From Candidatus Limnocylindrales bacterium (GTDB lineage: Bacteria > Chloroflexota > Limnocylindria > Limnocylindrales > CSP1-4): 43,841 nucleotides of DNA. The notes beneath the pieces were generated by a model. That model saw only the letters and a program-made list of their open reading frames with translations, made no database searches and was not told where the DNA came from. Each line of letters opens with the position of its first letter. The stretch's first letter is position 1. Below, one piece after another: positions 7,909-16,720 of this stretch. Both the position numbers and the translations under genes were made by a program. The stretch covers positions 7,536-51,376 of the forward strand of contig DAINSJ010000001.1 of NCBI GenBank assembly GCA_036741375.1, in the 5' to 3' direction.

Positions 7909-9240
7909 CTAGCGCCGGCCAACGAGGGCGTTGAGCCCGGCACGGCCGCGAGCTCCGGACAGCTGCTTCATCATCCGTTGCATCTCGGTGAACTGCTTCA
8001 CGAGGCGGTTGACCTCGGTGAGGGAGGTCCCGGAACCGGCCGCGATCCGCCGGCGCCGCGATCCGTTGAGCACGGAGGGCTCGCGACGTTCGCGGATGGT
8101 CATCGACCGGACGATGGCCTCCGTTCGCTTCAGGTCGCCCCGATCGACGGCGGCCTGGGCCTCGTTCGCCATCGAGCCCATGCCCGGGATCATCGACACG
8201 AGCTGGCCGATCGGGCCCATCTTCTTGACCTGCTGGAGCTGCTCGAGGAAGTCCTCGAGCGTGAACTCCGCCCGCCGCAACTTCGCTTCGAGCTTCGCGG
8301 CGTCCTCCATGCTGACGTTCTCCTGGGCACGCTCGACGAGCGTGAGGACGTCGCCCATGCCGAGGATCCGGCCGGCGAGCCGATCCGGGTGGAAGACCTC
8401 GAGGGCGTCGGTCTTCTCGCCGGTGCCGAGGAACTTGACGCCAATGCCGCTGACGGCGGCGATCGAGAGTGCAGCTCCCCCGCGAGCGTCGCCGTCGATC
8501 TTTGTCAGGATCAATCCCGTGACCGGGACCGCGGCCTTGAAGGCCTGGGCGACCGCGACCGCTTCCTGGCCCGTCATCGCATCGACGACGAGGAGCGTCT
8601 CGACCGGATGGACGGCGGCATCCACGTCGCGGATCTCGGCCATCAACACCTCGTCGATGCTCAGCCGGCCCGCCGTGTCGAGGATGATCGTGTCGCGTGT
8701 CAGCCGCTGGGCGGCCTCGACCGCGCCCCGGACGATCTCGGCCACCGTCGCCCCCGGCGGACCTTTGTGGACCGGGATGTCGATCGCCTTGCCGAGCGTC
8801 TCGAGCTGCTCCGCGGCTGCGGGCCGGTACGGGTCGGCTGCGACGAGGAGCGGCCGGCGGCCGATCCGGACGACGTGCCGCGCGAGCTTGGCCGCCGACG
8901 TCGTCTTGCCCGATCCCTGGAGGCCGACGAGCGAGATCACCGCGGGGTTGCCCTGGAGGCGGAACGTCTGATCCCCGGCCGACAGGAGAGCGACGAGCTC
9001 GTCGTGGACGATCTTGACGATCTGCTGGCCGGCGCTGAGGCTCGCGAGGATCTCGGCCCCGACCGCCTGCTCCCGAACGCGCGCGACGAAGTCCTTGACG
9101 ACGCGGAAGTGGACGTCCGCCTCGAGCAGGGCGAGCCGGATCTCGCGCATGGCCACGTCCACGTCGGCCTCGGAGACATGCCCACGCCCGGTGAGCGTGG
9201 CGAGCGAGCGGCGCAGGCGATCGCTGAGCTGATCGAACAC
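7909..9240 (-). CDS. ffh: Signal recognition particle protein Ffh (SRP54)
   Basis: FDQLSDRLRRSLATLTGRG...GLQGSGKTTSAAKLA...DTAGRL...KIDGDARGG plus a Met-rich M domain (GMGSM..., MQRMMKQL). I place the start at GTG 9240 (VFDQLSDRL). The track start at 9288 adds 16 unlikely residues. Confidence 0.9.
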   Translation of the reverse strand: MFDQLSDRLRRSLATLTGRGHVSEADVDVAMREIRLALLEADVHFRVVKDFVARVREQAVGAEILASLSAGQQIVKIVHDELVALLSAGDQTFRLQGNPAVISLVGLQGSGKTTSAAKLARHVVRIGRRPLLVAADPYRPAAAEQLETLGKAIDIPVHKGPPGATVAEIVRGAVEAAQRLTRDTIILDTAGRLSIDEVLMAEIRDVDAAVHPVETLLVVDAMTGQEAVAVAQAFKAAVPVTGLILTKIDGDARGGAALSIAAVSGIGVKFLGTGEKTDALEVFHPDRLAGRILGMGDVLTLVERAQENVSMEDAAKLEAKLRRAEFTLEDFLEQLQQVKKMGPIGQLVSMIPGMGSMANEAQAAVDRGDLKRTEAIVRSMTIRERREPSVLNGSRRRRIAAGSGTSLTEVNRLVKQFTEMQRMMKQLSGARGRAGLNALVGRR

Positions 9241-9334
9241 GAAGGGTCGGGACCCTTTCTGACGGACCCTGGAGTTCGTCGACGGCAACGCGTCGGCGAG
9301 GCGGGCACGCGGGTTCTGGCGTGCCGGCTGGGGC

Positions 9335-9340
9335 AGTGTA
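9335..9340 (-). promoter_or_regulatory. Putative -10 hexamer TACACT for ffh, overlapping the 3' end of the lipoprotein gene
   Basis: The minus strand reads GCCGCTACACT-GCCCCA, 5 nt after the lipoprotein stop (9345-9347) and about 95 nt before the ffh GTG. Confidence 0.35.
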
Positions 9341-9344
9341 GCGG

Positions 9345-10241
9345 CTAGGGTCCGATCTTGAACGTGGCGATGCGGTGGTTCGAGCCATCCATCACAAGGA
9401 GGCCGAGCGCGCCGCTCGTCCCGTTCGGGATCTCGAACCTCGAGATGAGGTTCTTCGCCGTCTTACCCAACCCGACGAGCACCACCGACTGGCTGTGGCC
9501 GTCCCTGCGCGGCGCGACGAGCGTGCCGCCCGGAAGCTGCAGCCGCACGTTCGCCCCTGTGAAGGCGATTCCACCGGTGAAGGTCCCGACATAGGTGACG
9601 TCGTAGGTCACGGTCAGGGCCTCGTTGCCCACGGGCAGCTCCTGGTACCAGTCAGGCAGATCCCAGCGGACCTCGCGGCGCCGGAGAGCCAGTCGGAGCC
9701 CGCCGGCCGTGACGGCCCCCGACAGCGTCGCCGAGTCCGGCTTGAGCGTCAGCGAGGGGATCGGTCCCGTGCTGAACGGGATCTGCACCTGGTGGTCGCC
9801 CGGCCGCCCGATCCGCAGCACGCCGTCGTCGATCGACGAATGGCTGTCGACCTCGAAGACAAGGCTCACCTCGGCGCTGGCACCGGCCTCGACCTCGGGC
9901 AGGACCGTGCCACTGACGACGTTGTAGACATAGCCCGAAGCGGTCAGCCGGATGGGCACGTCGAGCGCCGCCACGTCCGAACCCGGGTTGTCGATCTTCA
10001 TCGTGACCGTGACCGGCCCCCCTTTCGCGTCGAGGCTTGCGCTCGCGCCATGGACCGTGACGACGAGCCCCTCGACCCAGGCCGTCGTTTCGAGCGAATA
10101 CGTCGTCACGACAGGGGTCGCCAGTGGCGCCGGGGTCGGGCTCGGGCTGGGCGTCGCGGTCTCGCTGGCGCAGGCCGCCAGGGCGGCAGCGAGAATCCAC
10201 GAGATGGCTACCCGGCCGGCGGGCCCGCGCCGCGCCGTCAT
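9345..10241 (-). CDS. Putative lipoprotein, two beta-rich halves (DUF4352-like by impression)
   Basis: 298 aa. The signal peptide ends in lipobox L-A-A-C (ILAAALAAC|ASE) and is followed by a Pro/Ser/Thr linker. The ATG overlaps the ftsY stop (ATGA at 10238-10241). I recognise no catalytic motif. Confidence 0.7.
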   Translation of the reverse strand: MTARRGPAGRVAISWILAAALAACASETATPSPSPTPAPLATPVVTTYSLETTAWVEGLVVTVHGASASLDAKGGPVTVTMKIDNPGSDVAALDVPIRLTASGYVYNVVSGTVLPEVEAGASAEVSLVFEVDSHSSIDDGVLRIGRPGDHQVQIPFSTGPIPSLTLKPDSATLSGAVTAGGLRLALRRREVRWDLPDWYQELPVGNEALTVTYDVTYVGTFTGGIAFTGANVRLQLPGGTLVAPRRDGHSQSVVLVGLGKTAKNLISRFEIPNGTSGALGLLVMDGSNHRIATFKIGP

Positions 10242-11203
10242 GCGGCGGCTCCCGTTCCGAACAGCGCGGCCACGAACGCCTCGGGATCGAATGGCAAGAG
10301 GTCCTCGGCCCGCTCGCCCACGCCGACGTAGCGCACGGGAATGCCGAGCTGCGAGGCGATCGAGAAGACGATGCCGCCACGGGCCGTGGAGTCGAGCTTC
10401 GTCAGGGCGATGCCCGTCAGGCCCACCGCCGCATGAAACGCGATGGCCTGCGCGAGGCCGTTCTGGCCTGTCGTGGCGTCGAGGACGAAGAGCGTCTCGG
10501 GCTGGGCGTCCGGAATGCGGCGATCGATGATCCGCCGGATCTTTGCGAGCTCGTCCATCAGGTTGGCCTTCGTATGCAGCCGGCCGGCCGTGTCGACGAT
10601 GACCGTGTCCGCATCGCGGGCGATGGCCGCGTCGAGCGAGTCGTAGACGACGGCGGCGGGATCGGCCCCTGGCGCGTGGGCCACGACCTCGGCGCCTGTC
10701 CGATCGGCCCAGATCCGCAGCTGCCCGATCGCCGCCGCACGGAACGTATCCGCGGCCGCGAGGATCACCCGGTGGCCCGCTGCGTGCTCCAGGTGCGCCA
10801 GCTTGCCGATCGTCGTCGTCTTGCCGGTCCCGTTCACGCCGACGACGAGGATGATCCTCGGCTGAGCTGCTGCTCCCGTCGCGGGCTCGGCCGTAGCGCC
10901 TGAGAGCACCGCCGCGAGCTCCGCGCGGACCGCCGCCTCTGCGGACGGCGCATCGCGACGGGCGCGGGCGCGCTCGACGATCTCCGCCGCCAGCGACGCT
11001 CCCACGTCGCCGGCGATGAGCGCCTCTTCGACCTCGTCCCAGGCCTCGGGCGAGATCTGGCTGCCACCGAGCAGGCCGCGCAGGCGCGACATGAAGCCGC
11101 CGCGGCTCCGCTCCAGCCCTGCCTCGAGCTCGTTCGGCGGTTCCGCGAGGTCGTCGACCACCCTAGCTCCGCGTCGGCGCGAGGGTTCCGGATGGCGTGC
11201 CAT
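10238..11203 (-). CDS. ftsY: Signal recognition particle receptor FtsY
   Basis: [19 protein letters not shown]...DTAGRLH...[10 protein letters not shown] are SRP-GTPase motifs. The start is uncertain. ATG 11203 overlaps the smc 3' end by 41 nt; GTG 11161 or ATG 11092 (MSRLRGLL) are alternatives. Confidence 0.9.
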   Translation of the reverse strand: MARHPEPSRRRGARVVDDLAEPPNELEAGLERSRGGFMSRLRGLLGGSQISPEAWDEVEEALIAGDVGASLAAEIVERARARRDAPSAEAAVRAELAAVLSGATAEPATGAAAQPRIILVVGVNGTGKTTTIGKLAHLEHAAGHRVILAAADTFRAAAIGQLRIWADRTGAEVVAHAPGADPAAVVYDSLDAAIARDADTVIVDTAGRLHTKANLMDELAKIRRIIDRRIPDAQPETLFVLDATTGQNGLAQAIAFHAAVGLTGIALTKLDSTARGGIVFSIASQLGIPVRYVGVGERAEDLLPFDPEAFVAALFGTGAAA

Positions 11204-14200
11204 TGGAGCGGGCCCGGCCGGCCAGCTCGGTCGCGTCCTCGAGCCGGAGACTGATCACCCGGCTCACCGAATCCTCGCCGACGGTCACCCCGTACAGGGC
11301 ATCCGCGGTCTCGATCGTGCCGCGATTGTGGGTAATCACGATGCACTGGGTCTGCTTCGAGAGCTCCCGCAACGCATCGGTGAACCGGCCGATGTTGGCC
11401 TCGTCGAGTGCGGCGTCGACCTCGTCGAGGACGCAGAACGGGACCGGGCGAACCTCGAGCATCGCGAACAGCAGCGCGACGGCCGTGAGCGCCCGTTCGC
11501 CGCCCGAGAGCATCGCGAGCGCCTGGGGCTTCTTGCCGGGCGGCCGGGCGACGATCTCGATGCCGGTCGCGGAGAGGTCCGTCGGGTCGGTCAGTGAGAG
11601 CCGCGCGAAGCCGCCGCCGAACAGCTGCTGGAAACGCGCGTCGAAGGCCACTTCGAGCGCCTGGAAGGTGGTCCGGAACTGTGTGGCAATGAGCGTGTCG
11701 AGCTCCGAGATCAGGCTCCTGGTCCGCTCGATCGCCGCCTCCAGGTCCAGTCGCTGGGTTTCGAGCGCGTCGAGCCGGGTCTTGAGGGCCGCGTACTCGT
11801 CGACGGCGAACGGATTGCCGGCGCCGAGCTCGTGGAACCGGCGGCGGAGGGAGGCCAGCCGCCCTGCTGACGGCGGCTCCGGCGGCGGCGTGCCGGCCGA
11901 CCAGACGAGGGCGGCATTCCGGAGCGCGGCCTCGAGATCCGCTGCGAGCCCTTCGGCGGCGAGTCCCTCGGCGGGAGGCGAATCGGCATCGACAGTCGCG
12001 AGCTCGGTCGGCGCGTCGGGATCCTCGCCCGTCGCGAGCAGCCGCAGGTGGCTGAGCGCCAGGGCACCAAGGCCGGCGAGCTCGACGAGCAGCTGCTCGC
12101 GAACGTTCTCGAGCCCGAGTCGCGCCTCGAGCTCCTCGCGCTCGCTCGCCTGGGCGCCCGCCTGTGCGAGGCGGACCGACTCGCGCGCCTGCATCGCGCC
12201 CTGCTCGGCGGTTGCGAGCCGCTCCCGGTCGCCCGCGTCCTCCGCGACGAGTGCCGCGAGCTCCGTACGGGCCTCGCGCTCGCGAGTCACCGCAACGGCG
12301 AGCAGACGAGCCAGCTCTTCACGCTCGCCGTGCAGGCCTGCCTCGCGCTCGACGATGAGCACGGTGCTCGCGTCCAGACCGTCGACGCGGGATCGCCCGA
12401 TGGCGAGGGCGGCTTCGGCACCGGCCCGCTTCCGATCCGCCTCCTGGCGGCGCGACTCCGCGGCCGCCACCAGTTCCGCGATCCGATCCCGGCGGGCTCG
12501 CAGGTCCCTGGTTCGCTGTTCCCAGATCCCGAGGGCGGCTTCGTCGTCCGGGGCGTTGCCCGCGGCGCCGTGCGGCATGGCTGCGGTTGGCTCGGCGGCC
12601 ACGCTGGCGAGAGGCGCGGCAGGAATGGCTGCTCGGGCGCGATCCGCGTCGGCCGACAGCCGCAGCGCCTGGGCCTCGAGCCACGAGGCGTCGCGGCCGG
12701 CAGCTTCCGCAGCCCGAGCCGCCGCTCGCTCGCGCTCTTCGGCCTGGCGGCGGGAGGCGGTTGCCTGCGCATGCGCCGCTCGCGCCTCCGCCAGCGCTCG
12801 GCCAGTCGTCTCGACCCGGGCCGCGGCGGCGGCCGATGCCCGCTCGACGGCCGCCAGGTCCGCGGTCAGGCGCGTTGCCTCGCCGGCGAGTCGCTGGGCA
12901 GCGGCCTGCCGCTCGATGACCCCGCCGTCCGGGCCGAGCGTGACGACGAGCCCGCCGATCGCGGCGCTGCCATCGCGAGGCACCAGCGTCCAGCCCACCG
13001 GCATCGTCGCCTGCAGCTCGAGGCACGCCTCGAGGTCCGGTAACCAGGCGCAGCGGGCGAGGAGCTGCCGCAGCGCCCCGCGATCGTCCCGTCGCAGCGC
13101 ATCACCCAGGAGGCCGCCGCCGCGGCTTCGAACGGCCGCTTCGAACCGGCGATCGGCGTCCGTGACCGCGGTGTCACGGGTCGCGAGCGATTCCGCCACG
13201 ACCGCGCTCCCGCGCTCGCCGGCGAGCCGCCCCAGGGTCGGCCGATCAACGAGGAACGCCGGCCCGATGCCGGCCAGTGCCGCGTCGACCGCGGCCCGCA
13301 GGTCCGGGTCGATGATGACGCCGCGATCCAGCCGCTCTCCGCCGGCGGCCCTGGCGGCGACCGCGAACGCGCCACCCTCGAGATCCGCCATCGCCCGCTC
13401 CGCGACGGTCAGGCTGCCCTGCACGCTGGCAAGCCCCGACCGGAGGCTGCCCGCCCGTTCGGCCGCACCCTGGGCGTCTGCTTGTGCCGCGAGGGCCTGC
13501 GCCTGCGCTTCCTGGAGCGCCACGGCCGCCTCGGCCTCCCGCGTCGTGACGTCCTCGAGCGCAGAGCGCACCTCGGCGAGGGCGCCTTCCGCTGTGGCCC
13601 GCTCCCGCACCGCCGCTGCGGCCCGCTTGGTCTCGGTCGCGGCCGCCTGCTCCGCCGCGGCGAGGCGGCGTCGCGCGGTGTCGAGCTCGGCATGCCGGGC
13701 CGCCTCGAGGCGCTGCACCGCCGCGAGATCGGCGTCGTCGGCGCCGATGTCCCGTTTGGCGGCCGCGAGCTCTTCGAGGGCCTCCGCGAGCGCCCGCTCG
13801 GCCTCGCCGAGCTCCGCATCCAGCCCAAGATCGCGCGCCGGTGGTGGCTCGGCCAGGACGAGCTGGGCCGACGTCCGATCGGCCTCGACGACGCGCCGCT
13901 CGGTCGCGAGGCGCACCTGTTCGCGAGCCGCGTTCGCGAGCTCCGAATCGATCCGGCCATCACGCAGGCGCAATCCGGTCAGCTCGGCCAGGGCGGCATC
14001 CACGGCGGCGCGGCACTCCGCCTCGACCGACGCCCGAAGCGCGAGCTTCGCGCCCAGCACGGCGGCCGCCTCCTCCTCGACGGCGAGGCCGGCCATCGCC
14101 CGATCCAGCTGCGTCCGGGCGGTGGCGACAGCCGCGATGGCGATCCGGATCCGGGCATCGGCGGCGTGCCAGCGGACGTGAGCAGCCGTGAGGATGGCGG

Positions 14201-14879
14201 CGGCGAGCTCGTCGCCGGCGCTGCGGCGGCTGGTCTGCTGTTCCGCCTGCGCGGCAAGCCGGCGCGCCTGCGGCCGCAGCTCCGCGAGGATGTCCTCCGA
14301 GCGGGCGAGGTTGGCCTCGGATTCGGAGAGCTGCTCCTCCGCCTTCCGGCGCCGGCGCTCGTGGCGACGCACGCCGGCGACCTCTTCGAAGAGCGGCCGC
14401 CGCTCCTCGGGCCGGAGTGCGAGCGCCTGGTCGACCATGCCCTGGCCGATGAACAGGAACGCATTCTCGGCGAGATGGGCCGAGTCGAGCAGGTCCACCA
14501 GATCCCGGAGCCGCACCCGCTGGCGGTTCAGGAGATAGTCGTTCTCGCCCGAGCGGTACAGGCGGCGGCCGAGCTCGACGACGCCGTACTCGACCGGCAG
14601 CAGGCCATCGGCGTTGTCGAGGACGAGCTGGACGTCGGCCATCCCGAGCGCGGCCCGCCGCTCCGAGCCGGCCCAGATCACGTCCTCGGCCTTGCGCGAG
14701 CGGAGGGCGCGGCCCTGCTCGCCGAGGGCCCAGCGAAGCGCGTCGGCGAGATTGCTCTTGCCGGATCCGTTGGGCCCGACGACAGCGCTGATCCCCGGCC
14801 CGAACGCGACGTGCGTCCGCTCGGCAAATGACTTGAAACCCTGGAGGCGGACCGAGAGGAGGCGCGCCGGGCGGCTCAT
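11163..14879 (-). CDS. smc: Chromosome partition protein SMC
   Basis: 1238 aa. The N-terminus LQGFKSFAERTHVAFGPGISAVVGPNGSGKSNLADALRWALGEQ carries Walker A. Long Ala/Glu/Arg coiled coils follow. The C-terminus LSGGERALTAVALLFAMLEVRPVPFCVLDEVDAALD carries the signature motif and Walker B. The ATG overlaps the rnc stop (ATGA). Confidence 0.95.
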   Translation of the reverse strand: MSRPARLLSVRLQGFKSFAERTHVAFGPGISAVVGPNGSGKSNLADALRWALGEQGRALRSRKAEDVIWAGSERRAALGMADVQLVLDNADGLLPVEYGVVELGRRLYRSGENDYLLNRQRVRLRDLVDLLDSAHLAENAFLFIGQGMVDQALALRPEERRPLFEEVAGVRRHERRRRKAEEQLSESEANLARSEDILAELRPQARRLAAQAEQQTSRRSAGDELAAAILTAAHVRWHAADARIRIAIAAVATARTQLDRAMAGLAVEEEAAAVLGAKLALRASVEAECRAAVDAALAELTGLRLRDGRIDSELANAAREQVRLATERRVVEADRTSAQLVLAEPPPARDLGLDAELGEAERALAEALEELAAAKRDIGADDADLAAVQRLEAARHAELDTARRRLAAAEQAAATETKRAAAAVRERATAEGALAEVRSALEDVTTREAEAAVALQEAQAQALAAQADAQGAAERAGSLRSGLASVQGSLTVAERAMADLEGGAFAVAARAAGGERLDRGVIIDPDLRAAVDAALAGIGPAFLVDRPTLGRLAGERGSAVVAESLATRDTAVTDADRRFEAAVRSRGGGLLGDALRRDDRGALRQLLARCAWLPDLEACLELQATMPVGWTLVPRDGSAAIGGLVVTLGPDGGVIERQAAAQRLAGEATRLTADLAAVERASAAAAARVETTGRALAEARAAHAQATASRRQAEERERAAARAAEAAGRDASWLEAQALRLSADADRARAAIPAAPLASVAAEPTAAMPHGAAGNAPDDEAALGIWEQRTRDLRARRDRIAELVAAAESRRQEADRKRAGAEAALAIGRSRVDGLDASTVLIVEREAGLHGEREELARLLAVAVTREREARTELAALVAEDAGDRERLATAEQGAMQARESVRLAQAGAQASEREELEARLGLENVREQLLVELAGLGALALSHLRLLATGEDPDAPTELATVDADSPPAEGLAAEGLAADLEAALRNAALVWSAGTPPPEPPSAGRLASLRRRFHELGAGNPFAVDEYAALKTRLDALETQRLDLEAAIERTRSLISELDTLIATQFRTTFQALEVAFDARFQQLFGGGFARLSLTDPTDLSATGIEIVARPPGKKPQALAMLSGGERALTAVALLFAMLEVRPVPFCVLDEVDAALDEANIGRFTDALRELSKQTQCIVITHNRGTIETADALYGVTVGEDSVSRVISLRLEDATELAGRARSNGTPSGTLAPTRS

Positions 14880-15646
14880 GAGGCGCCGCCAGGATCGTCG
14901 CCGGCCACACGCAGCTCGCGCAGCTCGCCTGCCTCGGCCTCGGCCGCCTCGGCCGCTCGGGCCGCCAGGACCTGCACGGCCTCGGCCGCCGCCGCTGTCT
15001 CGGCGACCCGTCGCGACGGCCCGACGCCCATCCCGAGGACCTCCTCGCTGACGCTGACCTCGACGCGGAACACCTTCTCGTGATCGGGCCCGACGGCCTC
15101 GAGCAGGCGGTAGGCGGGGCGCTCGCCGCTGATCCGCTGGGTCTCCTCCTGGAGGCGGCTCTTGGGGCTCTTCAGCGCGATCGGCGACAGGCCGGCATCA
15201 ATCTCCGGCGCGGCCACCGCGACGACCCATGCACGCGTCGCCTCCCAGCCGAGGTCGATGAGGAGGGCACCGGCAAGGGCCTCGAAGCCCGAGGCGAGGA
15301 TCGAGGGCCGGCGCTCGCCGGCGCGGTGCGACTCCCCTTCCCCGAGTGCGAGATGGGCGCCGAGGTCGATGCGCTCGGCGAGTCGGGCCAGGCCAGTGGC
15401 GCTCACGATCGCCGCACGGCGCGCGGAAAGGAGGCCTTCGTCGTCGTCGGGGTGTCGCTCGAACAGCGCCTGGGAGATCGCGAGGCTCACGACGGAGTCG
15501 CCGAGGAACTCGAGGCGTTCGTTGTGGCCGGCGCCTTCGCCGGGGTGCTCATGGAGCCACGACGTGTGCGTCAGGGCCTGGGCGAGCAGCTGTCGATCCC
15601 GGACCGGAAGGCCGAGGCGCTCGGCGAGGACGTCGGCGCGATCCAC
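14876..15646 (-). CDS. rnc: Ribonuclease III
   Basis: 256 aa with GTG start. HNERLEFLGDSV is the RNase III signature, and there is a C-terminal dsRBD (EKVFRVEVSV...GVGPSRRVAETAAA). Confidence 0.93.
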   Translation of the reverse strand: MDRADVLAERLGLPVRDRQLLAQALTHTSWLHEHPGEGAGHNERLEFLGDSVVSLAISQALFERHPDDDEGLLSARRAAIVSATGLARLAERIDLGAHLALGEGESHRAGERRPSILASGFEALAGALLIDLGWEATRAWVVAVAAPEIDAGLSPIALKSPKSRLQEETQRISGERPAYRLLEAVGPDHEKVFRVEVSVSEEVLGMGVGPSRRVAETAAAAEAVQVLAARAAEAAEAEAGELRELRVAGDDPGGAS

Positions 15647-15684
15647 GATCCCGAGCTGGCTCGCGGCGCCGGTCTGGAGCTTGC

Positions 15685-15921
15685 CTAGGTGGTCCGCTCG
15701 TCGATGTATTCGACAGCGTCGCCGACGGTCCGGATGCGCTCGGCATCCTCGTCGGAGATCTCGGTCGAGAACTCTTCCTCGAGGCTCATGATCAGCTCGA
15801 CCAGATCGAGCGAGTCGGCGTTCAGGTCGTCGACGAAGGAGGCCTCGGGCTTGACCTCCTCCTCATCGACCCCGAGCTGCTCGACGACGATCTTCTTGAG
15901 TCGCTCGTAGGTCGTGGCCAC
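15685..15921 (-). CDS. acpP: Acyl carrier protein
   Basis: 78 aa. [36 protein letters not shown] contains the DSLD phosphopantetheine attachment motif. GTG start with strong GAGGAGGGAG upstream. Confidence 0.95.
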   Translation of the reverse strand: MATTYERLKKIVVEQLGVDEEEVKPEASFVDDLNADSLDLVELIMSLEEEFSTEISDEDAERIRTVGDAVEYIDERTT

Positions 15922-16396
15922 TGACTCCCTCCTCGGAGCTGGGTGTCGATTCCTGGGTCTCTAAGGTCTCTCGTGCGACGGATCCGAGAACACCGTTCAT
16001 GAGGCGCCGCATCGGGTCGCCACTGTAGATCCGTGCCAGTTCGACCCACTCGGCGATCGCCACCCGGGCCGGCGTGGCGGAGTGTAGCACCTCACCAAGG
16101 GCGCACCGGAGCAGCGCGCGGTCCATCCGGGCCAGCTGGACGACCGGATATTGGGGCGCCAGGAGCTCGATTCGAGCGTCGATCGTGTCTCGATTCGCAA
16201 CCACGGCCTCGACGATCGAGCGGGCCAGCAGGCCGGCCGATGGGTCCGCCTCGGTCTCGGCAAGCTGGCGCTCGAGGACGGCCGTTGCGGTCCGCTGGCC
16301 GAACTCTGCCTCGAAGACGGACGCGAGCGCCACGCGCCGCCCGGCCCGTCGAGATCGGATCCGGTCCGAGGGCCGGGCATCAGTCTTTTCGCTCAT
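15863..16396 (-). CDS. nusB: Transcription antitermination factor NusB (3' tail overlaps acpP start by 59 nt)
   Basis: 177 aa. [13 protein letters not shown]...[40 protein letters not shown]...[13 protein letters not shown]...[14 protein letters not shown] matches the NusB fold pattern. It follows an Asp23-family gene, as in Firmicutes (yqhY-nusB). Confidence 0.85.
   Translation of the reverse strand: MSEKTDARPSDRIRSRRAGRRVALASVFEAEFGQRTATAVLERQLAETEADPSAGLLARSIVEAVVANRDTIDARIELLAPQYPVVQLARMDRALLRCALGEVLHSATPARVAIAEWVELARIYSGDPMRRLMNGVLGSVARETLETQESTPSSEEGVSGHDLRATQEDRRRAARGR
16081..16089 (-). promoter_or_regulatory. Putative extended -10 element TGcTACACT inside nusB, upstream of acpP
   Basis: The minus strand reads GGTGCTACACT-CCGCCA, about 160 nt before the acpP GTG. 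It is the same motif class as the rpsB and rplS elements. Confidence 0.4.
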
Positions 16397-16405
16397 CGGG
16401 ATGCG

Positions 16406-16720
16406 TCAGCCGCCGACGCCATCGATGACGACGGTGACGCCGCCGATCGACAGCCCGAGCAGCCGCTCGATCGCTGCGCCGACCGCCGTCCGGACGGCCC
16501 TGGTCGTGGCGACGAGATCGGCGCCCGGCCGGGCGATGAGCCACAGGCGGACGCTCACCTCGTCGCCCTGGACGCGGACGGCGATCGGCGCACCGGAAAG
16601 GGCGACCCGCCAGCGCGGGCCACCGCGCCCGACGCGGAGCACGTCGGGAACCTCGAGGGCCGCGAGTCGGGCGACCTCGGCGATCACGCTGCGGCCGACC
16701 GTCAGCTCGGGCCCACTCAT
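16406..16720 (-). CDS. Asp23/Gls24 family envelope stress protein
   Basis: 104 aa. VIAEVARLAALEVPDVLRV...VRV...VSVRLWLIARPGADLVATTRAVRTAVGAAIERLLGLSIGGVTVVIDGV has the Asp23-family pattern. The ATG overlaps the plsX stop (ATGA). Confidence 0.8.
   Translation of the reverse strand: MSGPELTVGRSVIAEVARLAALEVPDVLRVGRGGPRWRVALSGAPIAVRVQGDEVSVRLWLIARPGADLVATTRAVRTAVGAAIERLLGLSIGGVTVVIDGVGG

Noticed and set aside
6083-9388. 1101-aa ORF spanning ffh and the downstream gene. Analogous fused ORFs are 26496..29024, 39981..42044, 25498..26748, 646..1953 and 37952..39979.
   Set aside because: Only the 3' portions carry real protein signatures. The 5' portions are Arg/Pro/Gly-rich read-through in an alternative frame of the neighbouring gene. 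Plausible internal starts with an RBS or stop-overlap exist.
11197-14181. 994-aa plus-strand ORF antisense to smc. Similar long antisense ORFs include 20364..22688, 34148..35872, 36280..38709, 40008..42175 and 4998..6170.
   Set aside because: The products are Ala/Arg/Ser/Pro-rich and low-complexity, with no recognisable motifs. They lie exactly antisense to genes with strong family signatures. Stop-poor antisense frames are typical in 70% GC DNA.
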